NCBI GenBank assembly: GCA_050633245.1
Contig: JBOEGD010000007.1
Span: forward strand, 187,624 to 251,623
Source of the DNA: Calditrichia bacterium
GTDB taxonomy: Bacteria; Calditrichota; Calditrichia; RBG-13-44-9; J075
Direction of reading: 5' to 3'
DNA: 64,000 bases
In this document: positions 38,714 through 48,778 of the stretch, in pieces
Numbering within the stretch: the first letter of the stretch is position 1
Layout of the letters: each line of letters opens with the position of its first letter
Translations under genes and position numbers: made by a program
Notes under the pieces: generated by a model
Told to the model about the DNA's origin: nothing
The model's input: only the letters and a program-made list of their open reading frames with translations
Databases searched by the model: none

Positions 38714-40948
38714 ATGAAAGAAAAAGTATTTTCTTCCCTCAACTTACTCCTCGACACTGTAGAAGGTGCAAATCTTCTATTGGAATACTATGCTTCGTTT
38801 AGTAAACGAGTAATGGGCGCACATGATTTCAAAACAATCCTGACCGTCTTTTCCGAAGAGCTAAAGCATATTTACGTCACTCAAAACATTGAAATAATCC
38901 TCTGGCAAAACAATAAGCGCCTGGTAAAGTTTTTATATGACGACACCAAAAAGCGCGTTTACCCTGCTGAAGAGTTTTCACAAAAGAATACGCTCTACAA
39001 CTACGTGCTGGAAAGACAGCAGATAGTACTCACCAATAGCTATGCCAGCTTCTGCGACAATGTTGGCCTTGGAAAAGGCCAGATTAACGCGAGCTCCTGG
39101 TTGGGCATACCTATGAAGGTGCGCGACAAAGTACTGGGTGCAGTGGTTGTCTGGGACCCCACAACGGAACATTATCTGCGGCTACAGGATCGGCACTTCC
39201 TGACGACGGTAACAGATATGGTCAGCTTCGCGATGGAGAACGTCTATCTATCGGATTACATCGTCGAGAAGAGCGATTCCTACAGTATTGTTGAGCTTGC
39301 TCTGCCGACCAAAAAGATACGCAATTCCACAAAAGGTGTGCTCAAACACCTGCATCACGCCATCAGTCGCCAGGAAAATGTGCTCTACAACGGCATCTTC
39401 CTGCGTCCCAGTGAAACCAATCGCTGGCAGTTGCTATCCGAGAATTATGAAAAGCCCATTCTTGGTAAACTGGGAATTCAGTTGCTTAATACGCTTCCAG
39501 CGTTTAACCACGCAAGCACCGAAGAGTCTGATATGTTGATATGGAAGAATACCGACAAAAACAATTTGCTCAATAAAACGCTTTCCGCACCGATGCGAAC
39601 GTTTGGAATTGAGAATGCACTATTCTTTCCTTTTGTCGTAAATCATAGCTATCTCGGCGCTTGGATTATCGCATTTGATGGCAAGACAACGTCCATCTCT
39701 CCCGATCAGCAGCAGTTGTATCAGTTTATTCTGTATATCATGACGCAGCTGATCGAGAAGCAGGCACTGCTTGAGCGCAAGCGCAAGTATGAAGCCTATA
39801 CGCGGCATTTAGAACGCATGAAATCTGTTGGGGAGGTGGCAAGTAGTTCGGCACACCACCTGAACAATGTACTTAGCGTTATTATCGGGAAAGGACAGCT
39901 TCTGCAAAAGAAGCTGGAAGGCACGCCGTATGAACGCGATCTATCGCTAATGTTGCAGGCAGCAGGTGATGGCGCCAATACCATAAGGCGCATGCAGCTG
40001 CGGGATGTGAACGATGTTGTCCCGCATGACGATTCGAAGTTTCTGGTGCTCAACTTCAATAATCTTATTCAGGAAGTCGTCGATATAGCTCGGCCACGGA
40101 TTGAGGCTGAATCGAAAAACCGTGGACTGCACTACGAGATTGCCCTTTCGCTGGGAGACATTAAGCCAGTTAAGGGCGATGCAACAGAATTGCGGGAGAT
40201 TCTTTTTAATCTCATCAACAATTCGATTGATGCCATGCCTCGAGGGGGCAAAGTAGCATTACAGACCACGCTGAAAGACAACAAGGTCATGATCTTCGTC
40301 AGCGATACCGGAATCGGCATCCCGGAAGGCATTCGCGATAAAATTTTCCAACCGTTCTACACCACGAAAGGGAAAAATGGAAATGGACTCGGCCTGAGTA
40401 TTGCACGCGAGGTTATTAGTAAGCATCGTGGTAAAATCTATGTCGATTCTATTCCACAAAAGGGCTCAATATTTATGATAGAGCTTCCCTTTACCAAAGA
40501 CGCACCTATGCCGCACACAAATGAAGACGTGTTGCTTAAACCACTTAATCACCGAATTCTTTTAGTTGAGGATGAAGGCGTCGTTCGCGAAACGGTAGCA
40601 GAGATTCTACAGGATGAAGGCTGCACGGTTATTTCCGCATCGAATGCCAATGAAGCACTCTTGAAATTTCAAAAAATTCAGTGTGATGCCGTATTTACTG
40701 ACCTCAGCATGCCTAACGTTAACGGAATCGAGCTATCGCATAAGCTGAAGAAACTGAATCCCAATATCCCAATATTTATTATTACCGGCTGGAATCAAAT
40801 GGACCCGGCAATGATAACAGCGAATGGCGTTATCGATGGCATTATTCAAAAGCCGCTGAATATCGACAATGTCCGCCAGGAACTTATGCGCATTACGACC
40901 AGCCGCAATGGCAATGGTGTCGCCCAAAAGAATGGTTTTCACGTATAA
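38714..40948 (+). CDS. Cytoplasmic GAF-containing hybrid histidine kinase with receiver
   Basis: GAF (SWLGIPM...LGAVVV), H-box SAHHLNNVL, NSIDAM, DTGIGI, GNGLGL, C-terminal REC (VEDE, FTDLSMP, QKP). Confidence 0.9.
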   Translation: MKEKVFSSLNLLLDTVEGANLLLEYYASFSKRVMGAHDFKTILTVFSEELKHIYVTQNIEIILWQNNKRLVKFLYDDTKKRVYPAEEFSQKNTLYNYVLERQQIVLTNSYASFCDNVGLGKGQINASSWLGIPMKVRDKVLGAVVVWDPTTEHYLRLQDRHFLTTVTDMVSFAMENVYLSDYIVEKSDSYSIVELALPTKKIRNSTKGVLKHLHHAISRQENVLYNGIFLRPSETNRWQLLSENYEKPILGKLGIQLLNTLPAFNHASTEESDMLIWKNTDKNNLLNKTLSAPMRTFGIENALFFPFVVNHSYLGAWIIAFDGKTTSISPDQQQLYQFILYIMTQLIEKQALLERKRKYEAYTRHLERMKSVGEVASSSAHHLNNVLSVIIGKGQLLQKKLEGTPYERDLSLMLQAAGDGANTIRRMQLRDVNDVVPHDDSKFLVLNFNNLIQEVVDIARPRIEAESKNRGLHYEIALSLGDIKPVKGDATELREILFNLINNSIDAMPRGGKVALQTTLKDNKVMIFVSDTGIGIPEGIRDKIFQPFYTTKGKNGNGLGLSIAREVISKHRGKIYVDSIPQKGSIFMIELPFTKDAPMPHTNEDVLLKPLNHRILLVEDEGVVRETVAEILQDEGCTVISASNANEALLKFQKIQCDAVFTDLSMPNVNGIELSHKLKKLNPNIPIFIITGWNQMDPAMITANGVIDGIIQKPLNIDNVRQELMRITTSRNGNGVAQKNGFHV

Positions 40949-40997
40949 CGATGTATTGTAGCGACGCACAATTGTGCGTCGCTACAATACATCGTTA
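40946..40997. repeat. Perfect 52-bp palindrome with GTAG-type REP-like core
   Basis: TAACGATGTATTGTAGCGACGCACAA|TTGTGCGTCGCTACAATACATCGTTA; arms are exact reverse complements with no loop. Confidence 0.95.
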
Positions 40998-41081
40998 CCC
41001 ACTTGCCTTCCCCCCTTTCCGCTGGTTATATTTGACCTTTCTATCAATATTTAATATTACCCGACACCAAAGGACGATACC

Positions 41082-42287
41082 ATGAAGCCGGAACTCCTCG
41101 CTGAATTGATCACCAAAAACGACAGTAAAATTATATTTATGGTTATGGATGGCCTCGGTGGTCACCCGATAGACGGCGACGGCTGCGAATTGGAGATCGC
41201 CAATACACCAAATCTAAACCGCTTTGCACGGGAAGGCATTACCGGTGTTCTCGATCCGGTTAGCCCGGGTATTACGCCGGGAAGCGGACCTGGTCACCTG
41301 GCATTATTTGGCTACGACCCGCTGGACAATCTTATCGGACGCGGCGTTTTATCCGCACTGGGTATAGACTTTGAATTGACCGGAAGAGATGTGGCCTGCC
41401 GCCTGAATTTCTGCACACTGGACGACAATGGAATCGTCATGGATAGACGAGCGGGCAGGATCGCCACAGAAATAAACGAAAAACTGTGTAAAATCTTAAG
41501 AGAAAATGTGTCGCTTGGCGACAATGTTGAGTTCTTTCTGCAATCCGTATCTGAACATCGTGCGGTATTGGTTCTGCGTGGAGACGGCTTAGGCGGTGAT
41601 ATTAACGATACTGATCCGCAAAAAACAGGATTGCCGCCACGCGAAGCAAAAGGTGCAAACGAGGCCTCACAAAAAACCGTTGGCTATATCAACTCCTTCT
41701 TGCAGCAAACACATGAGCTGCTTAAAAATGAAGCGCCTGCAAATATGGTGCTGGCAAGAGGGTTTGCCGCATTCAATCCCCTACCCACAATGGAAGAGCG
41801 TTATGGACTTAAAGCAGCAGCGGTAGCGCAATATCCAATGTATCGCGGGCTGGCGCGGTTGGTTGGTATGGATGTCTTTCCTCGCCCGGAAAGCTATGAT
41901 GCCATGTATCAGCAGATTCGCGATAACTACGACGCCTACGATTTCTTCTTCGTGCACTTTAAGAAAACTGACAGCAGCGGCGAAGACGGCGACTTTAACA
42001 AGAAGGTGAAGATAATTGAAGAGATTGATGCCTGGGCCGCTCAGTTACGCGATTTAAACCCGACGGTTCTTGCGGTTACCGGAGATCACTCGACACCATC
42101 CAAGTTCTCTGCTCACAGCTGGCATCCGGTACCAACGTTATTGTGGTCAGACAATTGTCGGCCAGACCGCGTAACGGAATTCGGTGAAAATGCCTGTATT
42201 GGAGGAGCAATTGGACGCATGGAAACAAAACATCTGATGATGTTGTGTATGGCGAATGCACTAAGACTGAATAAGTTTGGGGCTTAA
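41082..42287 (+). CDS. apgM: 2,3-bisphosphoglycerate-independent phosphoglycerate mutase (ApgM type)
   Basis: MDGLGG, PGSGPGHLALFGYDP, DRRAGRI, TGDHSTP, HSWHPVP. Confidence 0.92.
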   Translation: MKPELLAELITKNDSKIIFMVMDGLGGHPIDGDGCELEIANTPNLNRFAREGITGVLDPVSPGITPGSGPGHLALFGYDPLDNLIGRGVLSALGIDFELTGRDVACRLNFCTLDDNGIVMDRRAGRIATEINEKLCKILRENVSLGDNVEFFLQSVSEHRAVLVLRGDGLGGDINDTDPQKTGLPPREAKGANEASQKTVGYINSFLQQTHELLKNEAPANMVLARGFAAFNPLPTMEERYGLKAAAVAQYPMYRGLARLVGMDVFPRPESYDAMYQQIRDNYDAYDFFFVHFKKTDSSGEDGDFNKKVKIIEEIDAWAAQLRDLNPTVLAVTGDHSTPSKFSAHSWHPVPTLLWSDNCRPDRVTEFGENACIGGAIGRMETKHLMMLCMANALRLNKFGA

Positions 42288-42315
42288 AAGCAGGGGTCAG
42301 GGCAGAAAAATGTTA

Positions 42316-42379
42316 AGCAGTTTTGAAAAAGTGGAGCAGTTTTGAAAAAGTGGAGCAGTTTTGAAAACTGCTCCACTTT
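42316..42379. repeat. 19-bp tandem repeat ending in a REP-like hairpin; probable bidirectional terminator
   Basis: AGCAGTTTTGAAAAAGTGG x2, overlapping AAAGTGGAGCAGTTTT-G-AAAACTGCTCCACTTT (16-bp arms); lies between convergent genes. Confidence 0.85.
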
Positions 42380-42389
42380 AATATCGGTG

Positions 42390-45300
42390 CTATCTAATCA
42401 ACGTCATTTTCTTCGTAATAACTTGCCCACCAGCCTTCAGGCGATAGAAATAAATTCCCGATTGAACAGGCTTTCCGGTATCATCCGTCGCACGCCAGGT
42501 TATCTGATGGCTTCCGGCAGCAATTTGCTCATCCACAAGCAAGCTTACTCGCTGTCCGAGAAGATTGTAGACTTCCAAGAGTACGCTTTCTGACTGCGCT
42601 AGTGCAAAGCGGATAACCGTTTCCGGGTTGAATGGGTTCGGATAGTTCTGAGCAAGGATAATCTGGTCAGGAACAATACCGCCTTCAACAGGATCAATTG
42701 AAAGCGCCAGATCTTCTTCAATCTCAAGAATCTGATTCACTTCCACTGCAGCAATTCGCTGAACTACGCCAGATGTCCACTCAATTCGAACAGAATCGAC
42801 ACGTGAGGCATTTGACAGGCCAAATTCGACGTCCAGACTGTTTTGGCTATTATAACCGGTCTGAGTCGATATTTCCTGCATCTGCCAGCGATCTTCGCCG
42901 TTAATGCGAGCTCGAACACGCACTTTTGTTCCAACGGCTTGTCCCGGAGCTATCTGCCCCTTCACGCGAAGCGTAATCCAGTTATTACCATTAACCTGAT
43001 CATTCTCATATAAAAAGTTACTTAACTCATTTGGTGCCTGATCGCCATTTGCAGCGAACAGATCCAAATCGCCATCACCATCATAATCTGCCCAGGTCAT
43101 ACTATTGGTACGGGCAACATCGGTAACAACCGGCTGATTCGTCACTGCAGTAAATCCACCAAATCCATCACCAAGATAAAGACGGTTCTGTCCGGAAACC
43201 GCATCGTCGCCAATGGCTAAATCCAGATCACCATCATTATCGAAATCACCAAAAGCCGCACCAACGGAAAGGCCGCCATCCGTTACCGGGTCAATGCCTG
43301 TAGCTGTAGTAAACGTTCCGTCATCATTGTTTAGATAAAGCGTATTGTTCTCATCAAAATAATTGGTAACGAATAAATCTAAATCACCATCTCTGTCTAC
43401 ATCAGCCCAACTTGCACCGACTGAATTACCTACATCAGTAGCGATATTTCCGCTTGTGACTGCTGTAAAGCTGCCGTCACCATTATTTGTGTACAAGCTG
43501 TTTACAACGCCGGATCCAAAGTTCGCGTTTGCGACAAACAGATCGGGATAGCCATCATTATTGTAATCTGCCCAGGAACAGCCCAGCGAAGGCGTATTTC
43601 CTGTAGCTACTACGCTACCACTGAGGCGTGTAAAGCTGCCAGAGCCAAGATTCTCATACAGAGCATTTGGCTGGTTATGGTTTGCAACAAACAAATCGAG
43701 ATCTCCATCCAAATCGAAATCTGCCCAGGCAGCACTCCATGAGCCATCGGCGTCGGTTGCCACCGGTCCATCCGTCACTTTCACAAAGCTGCCATTGTCA
43801 TTGCGATAGAGGAAGTTTGCCTGATTCTGACTGCTTCCGCCATTCACGACAAATAGGTCGACATCACCATCTTCATCATAATCTACCCAGTGGCTACCAT
43901 AAGAGAATCCGCCATCGGTAACCGGAGCAATGCCACTCACAGAAGTGAAGGAACCATTCCCTTCGTTTTCATAAAGAAGGTTATTACCATTAATAATATT
44001 TGCTACGAACAGATCGAGATCACCATCGTTATCGTAATCAGCCCAGCTGCCCCCTTCGGAGAAAAGCTGATCGTTGCCAATATCACCGGCACTGGCGCTC
44101 GAAAATGCACCCTGCTCATAGGTAAAGCTATTCAGTTCGCGTGAAGCTACGATCGAAAAACCATCCGTTGCTTCAATCATCCAGCTGTAGGTATCGCCGT
44201 CGTTAAGCAACGACAGATCCAGCGCAAATGAGGTATCGGAAATTCCAGAGAACGTGGTATCCAGACCATTGCCCTGAAGGCGCAGGTTAAAGCTGGTTCC
44301 CATTTCAGTTCCAAGCAGTCCGTTGCCACCGACCAGGTCCCAGCGAAAACGTGCAAAGTCCAGCGCACGAATTGTCTCTCCATCTTCCGGGAAGGTAAGA
44401 TCGACCTGGCGGATAGGAGCTACTTCACCGATGCCTTCGCGAATTTCAATGTGTCGATCAGCAGGAACGTCGTAAATACGATCGATTGCGCCAGCCGGCC
44501 AGTAAACAATAATTGAATCTGCAGTCGCTACAGTTCCAAGACCAAAATGCGCCGTCAGCAGGTCGTTCTGTGAGCAGAAACTATCGCCTGCCCGAATCTC
44601 ACGAATTTGCTTCATGCCGTTGGTATAAAGATCGATTCTGGCGCCCACTCCATGATAAGTAGACTGTGAGCCTCGAGTCGTAATCTTGATCCAGTGATTC
44701 GTGCCGCCATTGTTTATCATCAGGCGATTTTCCGGGCCACCTGCACTAAAAACATCCATCCAACCATCGTTATTAAAGTCTGCAACGGCCACTGCCTGAT
44801 GATTATCCTCAATAATTCCGGCACTTCCGGAGATATTGGTAAACGTACCATTACCCTGATTTTTATAAAGGCCGTGGTCAGTATTGCTGTTTCCGACGTA
44901 GATGTCGATCCAACCATCGTTATCAAAATCTGCTGCTGCTGTGGCATAGCTGGAGTTCGACGTGTTTCCCTGAACGCCCGCGGTAGCAGCCATATCAGTA
45001 AATGTGCCATCCCGATTATTCTTGTAGAGCACATTGCGGCCAACCTGAATACCGCCATGATTGGTATTTGCAATAAAAATATCCAGCCAGCCATCGTTAT
45101 CATAATCTAACCAGCTAATTCCCCAGCTGGCCAATGAGTCTGCCACTCCGGCCTGATAGTTCACGTCAGTAAAGGTATTATCGCCATTATTGCGGAGGAG
45201 GTGCTTTATGGAATTACTCGGGCTTCCATTACAGGTTGCGATAAAGACATCCGGGTAGCCATCATTATTATAGTCACCCCAAGACATACCATAAGAGTTG

Positions 45301-45899
45301 CCATTGGTTGGTGCATTAGAAGAAGAGGTTATTTCGATAAATCCACCGTTACCATCATTCAGAAACATCTGATTGTCACCAGTGTCTTCATTTACAAAGA
45401 GATCCAGCATACCATCGCGATTAAAATCGCTCCAGCCTGCACCCTGAGTCAGACCGAGAACATTCAGGCCAATCTGCTGATCGACTCGCTCGAACGTACG
45501 ATTTCCATTATTGCGAAAAAGACGGCTATTACTGGAAAAAGAAAAATCCTCAAAGAGGATATCCAAATAACCGTCATTGTCATAGTCACCGAAGACAGCG
45601 CCAAAAATGCTCGAGCCTTCATTAATGCCGGTGCTATTCATAATATTTGTAAAGCTGCCACCATTATTAATATAGAGTCTTCCCGGATGATAAATGTCCG
45701 GAAGCCCGTCATTGTTAAAGTCTGCAACACTACATCCCCAATCGAAACTGTTGTTGCGTGGAGAAAGCTGTATTGACGCATCGGTGAAGGTTTGCGCAGC
45801 AAGCGACAACTGCATTATAACCAACACCACTATAGTGGTGCAGGCGGCAGGCAGTATGTTCCCGGAGCGACTGGAATTTTCGTAACGAAACAGATTCAT
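42390..45899 (-). CDS. Secreted FG-GAP/VCBS repeat protein with two ASPIC/UnbV modules (CRTAC1-like) and C-terminal sorting domain
   Basis: Many DxDxDGxxD repeats, two 'HFGLG/EFGLS...DS..I.W..G' ASPIC ends, QNYPNPFNP...SGIYFYRL CTD. GGAGG RBS before ATG 45899. Confidence 0.88.
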   Translation of the reverse strand: MNLFRYENSSRSGNILPAACTTIVVLVIMQLSLAAQTFTDASIQLSPRNNSFDWGCSVADFNNDGLPDIYHPGRLYINNGGSFTNIMNSTGINEGSSIFGAVFGDYDNDGYLDILFEDFSFSSNSRLFRNNGNRTFERVDQQIGLNVLGLTQGAGWSDFNRDGMLDLFVNEDTGDNQMFLNDGNGGFIEITSSSNAPTNGNSYGMSWGDYNNDGYPDVFIATCNGSPSNSIKHLLRNNGDNTFTDVNYQAGVADSLASWGISWLDYDNDGWLDIFIANTNHGGIQVGRNVLYKNNRDGTFTDMAATAGVQGNTSNSSYATAAADFDNDGWIDIYVGNSNTDHGLYKNQGNGTFTNISGSAGIIEDNHQAVAVADFNNDGWMDVFSAGGPENRLMINNGGTNHWIKITTRGSQSTYHGVGARIDLYTNGMKQIREIRAGDSFCSQNDLLTAHFGLGTVATADSIIVYWPAGAIDRIYDVPADRHIEIREGIGEVAPIRQVDLTFPEDGETIRALDFARFRWDLVGGNGLLGTEMGTSFNLRLQGNGLDTTFSGISDTSFALDLSLLNDGDTYSWMIEATDGFSIVASRELNSFTYEQGAFSSASAGDIGNDQLFSEGGSWADYDNDGDLDLFVANIINGNNLLYENEGNGSFTSVSGIAPVTDGGFSYGSHWVDYDEDGDVDLFVVNGGSSQNQANFLYRNDNGSFVKVTDGPVATDADGSWSAAWADFDLDGDLDLFVANHNQPNALYENLGSGSFTRLSGSVVATGNTPSLGCSWADYNNDGYPDLFVANANFGSGVVNSLYTNNGDGSFTAVTSGNIATDVGNSVGASWADVDRDGDLDLFVTNYFDENNTLYLNNDDGTFTTATGIDPVTDGGLSVGAAFGDFDNDGDLDLAIGDDAVSGQNRLYLGDGFGGFTAVTNQPVVTDVARTNSMTWADYDGDGDLDLFAANGDQAPNELSNFLYENDQVNGNNWITLRVKGQIAPGQAVGTKVRVRARINGEDRWQMQEISTQTGYNSQNSLDVEFGLSNASRVDSVRIEWTSGVVQRIAAVEVNQILEIEEDLALSIDPVEGGIVPDQIILAQNYPNPFNPETVIRFALAQSESVLLEVYNLLGQRVSLLVDEQIAAGSHQITWRATDDTGKPVQSGIYFYRLKAGGQVITKKMTLIR

Positions 45900-46003
45900 G
45901 TGTGAACCTCCAGACATGGATTTAAGTGTCTCTTTATACAGAAAAGGGGCACGCAAACTCCCCTTTTTAAAAGTGTTCTAATGTTCCCGAATAGGAATAG
46001 AAG

Positions 46004-46033
46004 ATGCTTCCGGCGAACAATCGCCGAAAGCAT
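46004..46033 (-). other. Hairpin between the two CTD-bearing genes
   Basis: ATGCTTCCGGCGA...TCGCCGAAAGCAT inverted repeat with one mismatch; no clear T-tract. Confidence 0.5.
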
Positions 46034-46058
46034 TACAGAATCTAAGATAGACTTTTTC

Positions 46059-48584
46059 TTAACGAATCAAAATCATCTTTCGGCTTTTTGCAACTCCACT
46101 GCTTTCCAGACGGTAGAAATAAACACCTGAACTAACGGCATTACCGTTATTATCGGTTCCATTCCACTCCACCTCAAATGTACCGCTATTAACCGTTTCG
46201 TTCAGTAACGATTTTACTTTTTGTCCCAATGCACTATAGACCGTTAGTGAAACCGGGCTTCGCTGCCCAACCTCAAAACGAATGGTTGTGGTAGGATTAA
46301 ACGGATTCGGGTAGTTCTGAGCAAGCTCGAACGTTCCCGGTAATGCATCTCCGATTGGCTCAATCGCTGAAATGACTGAGAACCAGTTCAGCACATTTGC
46401 AAACAGCTGGTTTCGCGTATTGGTATTGGTAATTACTTCCAGCCCGAAACCGAACAAAGCTGTTTTGGAGCCATTCGTTGTATTATCAAGAATGGTTGCC
46501 GCAGAAGGCCCACCGACATAAGTAAAGCTGCTCTGCGCCGCTGAGGAAGCCAATGGAGTAACCGCATCACGCGATTGTTGGGAAGCCGGAAACTGAACTA
46601 ATCCTGAAGTAATAGGATTTCCACCAACCGGGAAAATCAGCGGCGGGTTTGGTGCCGCGCCACTATACTCGGACTGGAAATAAGTTGCAAGAAAAGAAGG
46701 ATCGCTGCTGCCGAGCCCTTCAGCGATATCCGCTCCGGACAGAAGTAATTTGCCGCCATTGTCTAAAAAGCCCTTCAGACCATCAATTTCCGCTGTGTTC
46801 AATGCAGTCGTTCCGGCAGCTCCACTAAACCAAACAATTGCCGGGCTCTGCAATTGATTCACATCGCTGAAAGGCACGTCTGGCCCGTCTGCCTGAATCA
46901 ACCATTCAAATGCCTCAGCACCACTTGCCGCTATAGCATCAAGATAGGCAGCCGAAAAGTTCCCGTCCGGGTCATCGTTAACCAGAAGTAAATCTGCCGG
47001 TTGACGATTAAAGTCTATTGTCGTTGTTTGACCGCCAAGAACAACTGGTTCCTCAACCACTCTGCGAGTGTAGGGGAAGTCTTTTTCGATGGCAACCACG
47101 CGATAATCTGTCCATATACTGTCCGTTGCAGCAAGATCAGCAAAATTATATATGCCATCGCTTCCGGTAGTTACCGTAAGAACTGAAGGCTCAGACAAAA
47201 AGCGGCTTTCCAAAACCAGACCAACTTCTACACCGGCCAATGGCTGCGCGTTATTGTCATCAATAAGACCGCTAATATTACCACGCCCCGAGAGGTTGAG
47301 TGACACGGTAATACTGTCACTATTCCCCGGAACAGAGGTAAAGGCAATCTCTTGAAACTCGTATCCAAATGCACCGACGCGCAGAGTAAGGTTATCGGCA
47401 AATCCAACACCAGTGCGGAACACCCCATCGGCATTAGTTCGCGAAACAGTGGATGTCTCCACGATTTCAACCCAGGCATCTTCAATCGTCGCATTTGTAG
47501 TTGCATCTGTAATAGAGCCGCTTAGTTTATACGCAGTGGTATTATTGAATTCCAAAACGTATAGACCGGTTGCCATATCGCTTGCAACCACAAGACCATT
47601 CGAAGCATACGGATACATTCCCCAATTTCCGAAGGTCACCGGGTTTTCACCATTAATCGTATCGTAGTTACCAACTTCTATCATAATGCCGGGATTACTG
47701 ATATCAAGAATTTTTGCTCCGGATTGATAGTGCGAGACATAGGCATAGTCACCCTTTATAAATACATTATGCGCCAGCGTGCTTTCGCCAATATATTCGC
47801 TGGTAATGGAAACATTGCTCAGGTCGCGAATATCCCACATCTTAATCGACTTGCCAGCGGTTTCTTCAGTTGTAATCATATAAGAATCATCCGGGGTTGC
47901 CCACACATTGTGTACATAACCTGCGGCCGGAATGGTCACCCGCTCAATAAGAGATGGATTTAGTGGATCGGACACATCAATTATTGCGATTGTTGGGCGG
48001 ACACCTTCTGCTACATACAGACGTCCGTTTTGAGCAAAAACATCGTGTGCGTCGTTCGCAATGCCGGCCAGGGAACCAATCTCTACCGGATTTGCCGGGT
48101 CGGCAAGACTAAACATGGTTACCGGTTTCGCAAAGTTGAAGTCCTCGATTGCATAGAGAATAGCCGCCGAGGTATCAACAAAATTATTGTGTAATTCCGT
48201 AGCGAAATTACCAAACTCCCCGATAATCGTTGCAGACGTCGGCAGGTTAGCCAGATCAACAACTAAAAAGTTGTTGCTGGACTCGGTTGAGACATACATA
48301 TAATTTTGATACGTTTTCATATCATACCAGCCACCCTGCACCCAGGGGACAAACACAACTTCGCTGATATTCGATTGATCCGATATATCAACGATGCTTA
48401 CGCCACCACTCAGGCCAAGCAGGGCATAGTCCTTTCCATTGGCATCAGTATAGCCCCAGCAGTCCGTATAGTTTCCATAGTCATTAAGGTTTGCAACTAA
48501 AGACATATTACGATTTTGGGCCATTAATGCAGTAGTGAAGCATACAAAAAACAGAATACAGAAGTATCTAAACGTCATTTCCAC
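46059..48584 (-). CDS. Secreted choice-of-anchor B / LVIVD-repeat protein with carboxypeptidase-regulatory-like domains and C-terminal sorting domain
   Basis: DCWGY, HN/HD repeats, YVSHYQSG..ILDISNP, WGMYPY, SDMATGL; QNYPNPFNP CTD. Confidence 0.82.
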   Translation of the reverse strand: MEMTFRYFCILFFVCFTTALMAQNRNMSLVANLNDYGNYTDCWGYTDANGKDYALLGLSGGVSIVDISDQSNISEVVFVPWVQGGWYDMKTYQNYMYVSTESSNNFLVVDLANLPTSATIIGEFGNFATELHNNFVDTSAAILYAIEDFNFAKPVTMFSLADPANPVEIGSLAGIANDAHDVFAQNGRLYVAEGVRPTIAIIDVSDPLNPSLIERVTIPAAGYVHNVWATPDDSYMITTEETAGKSIKMWDIRDLSNVSITSEYIGESTLAHNVFIKGDYAYVSHYQSGAKILDISNPGIMIEVGNYDTINGENPVTFGNWGMYPYASNGLVVASDMATGLYVLEFNNTTAYKLSGSITDATTNATIEDAWVEIVETSTVSRTNADGVFRTGVGFADNLTLRVGAFGYEFQEIAFTSVPGNSDSITVSLNLSGRGNISGLIDDNNAQPLAGVEVGLVLESRFLSEPSVLTVTTGSDGIYNFADLAATDSIWTDYRVVAIEKDFPYTRRVVEEPVVLGGQTTTIDFNRQPADLLLVNDDPDGNFSAAYLDAIAASGAEAFEWLIQADGPDVPFSDVNQLQSPAIVWFSGAAGTTALNTAEIDGLKGFLDNGGKLLLSGADIAEGLGSSDPSFLATYFQSEYSGAAPNPPLIFPVGGNPITSGLVQFPASQQSRDAVTPLASSAAQSSFTYVGGPSAATILDNTTNGSKTALFGFGLEVITNTNTRNQLFANVLNWFSVISAIEPIGDALPGTFELAQNYPNPFNPTTTIRFEVGQRSPVSLTVYSALGQKVKSLLNETVNSGTFEVEWNGTDNNGNAVSSGVYFYRLESSGVAKSRKMILIR

Positions 48585-48778
48585 TCCTAATAATAAGATT
48601 TATGGTATTGGCTCGTTGCGATAGTTTCGATGTTATAAACACGCGGTAAACTCAGGTTTCATCTCAGAGAGCAAACAAACATACATGCTGTTTCACAGAG
48701 AGACGATAGGTAAATAAAAAAAGTTCTAATCGATGTAGTCCAGCCTACAGTAACAGACGGCAGTCTAAACGTATTACG

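Noticed and set aside
42316-42379. Direct repeats considered as a mini CRISPR array
   Set aside because: The 19-bp units are contiguous with no spacers, and there are no cas genes.
43000-45730. Recurrent 'ccatcgttatc/ccatcatt' DNA repeats
   Set aside because: They encode the DxDxDG FG-GAP protein repeats and are not a DNA-level element.
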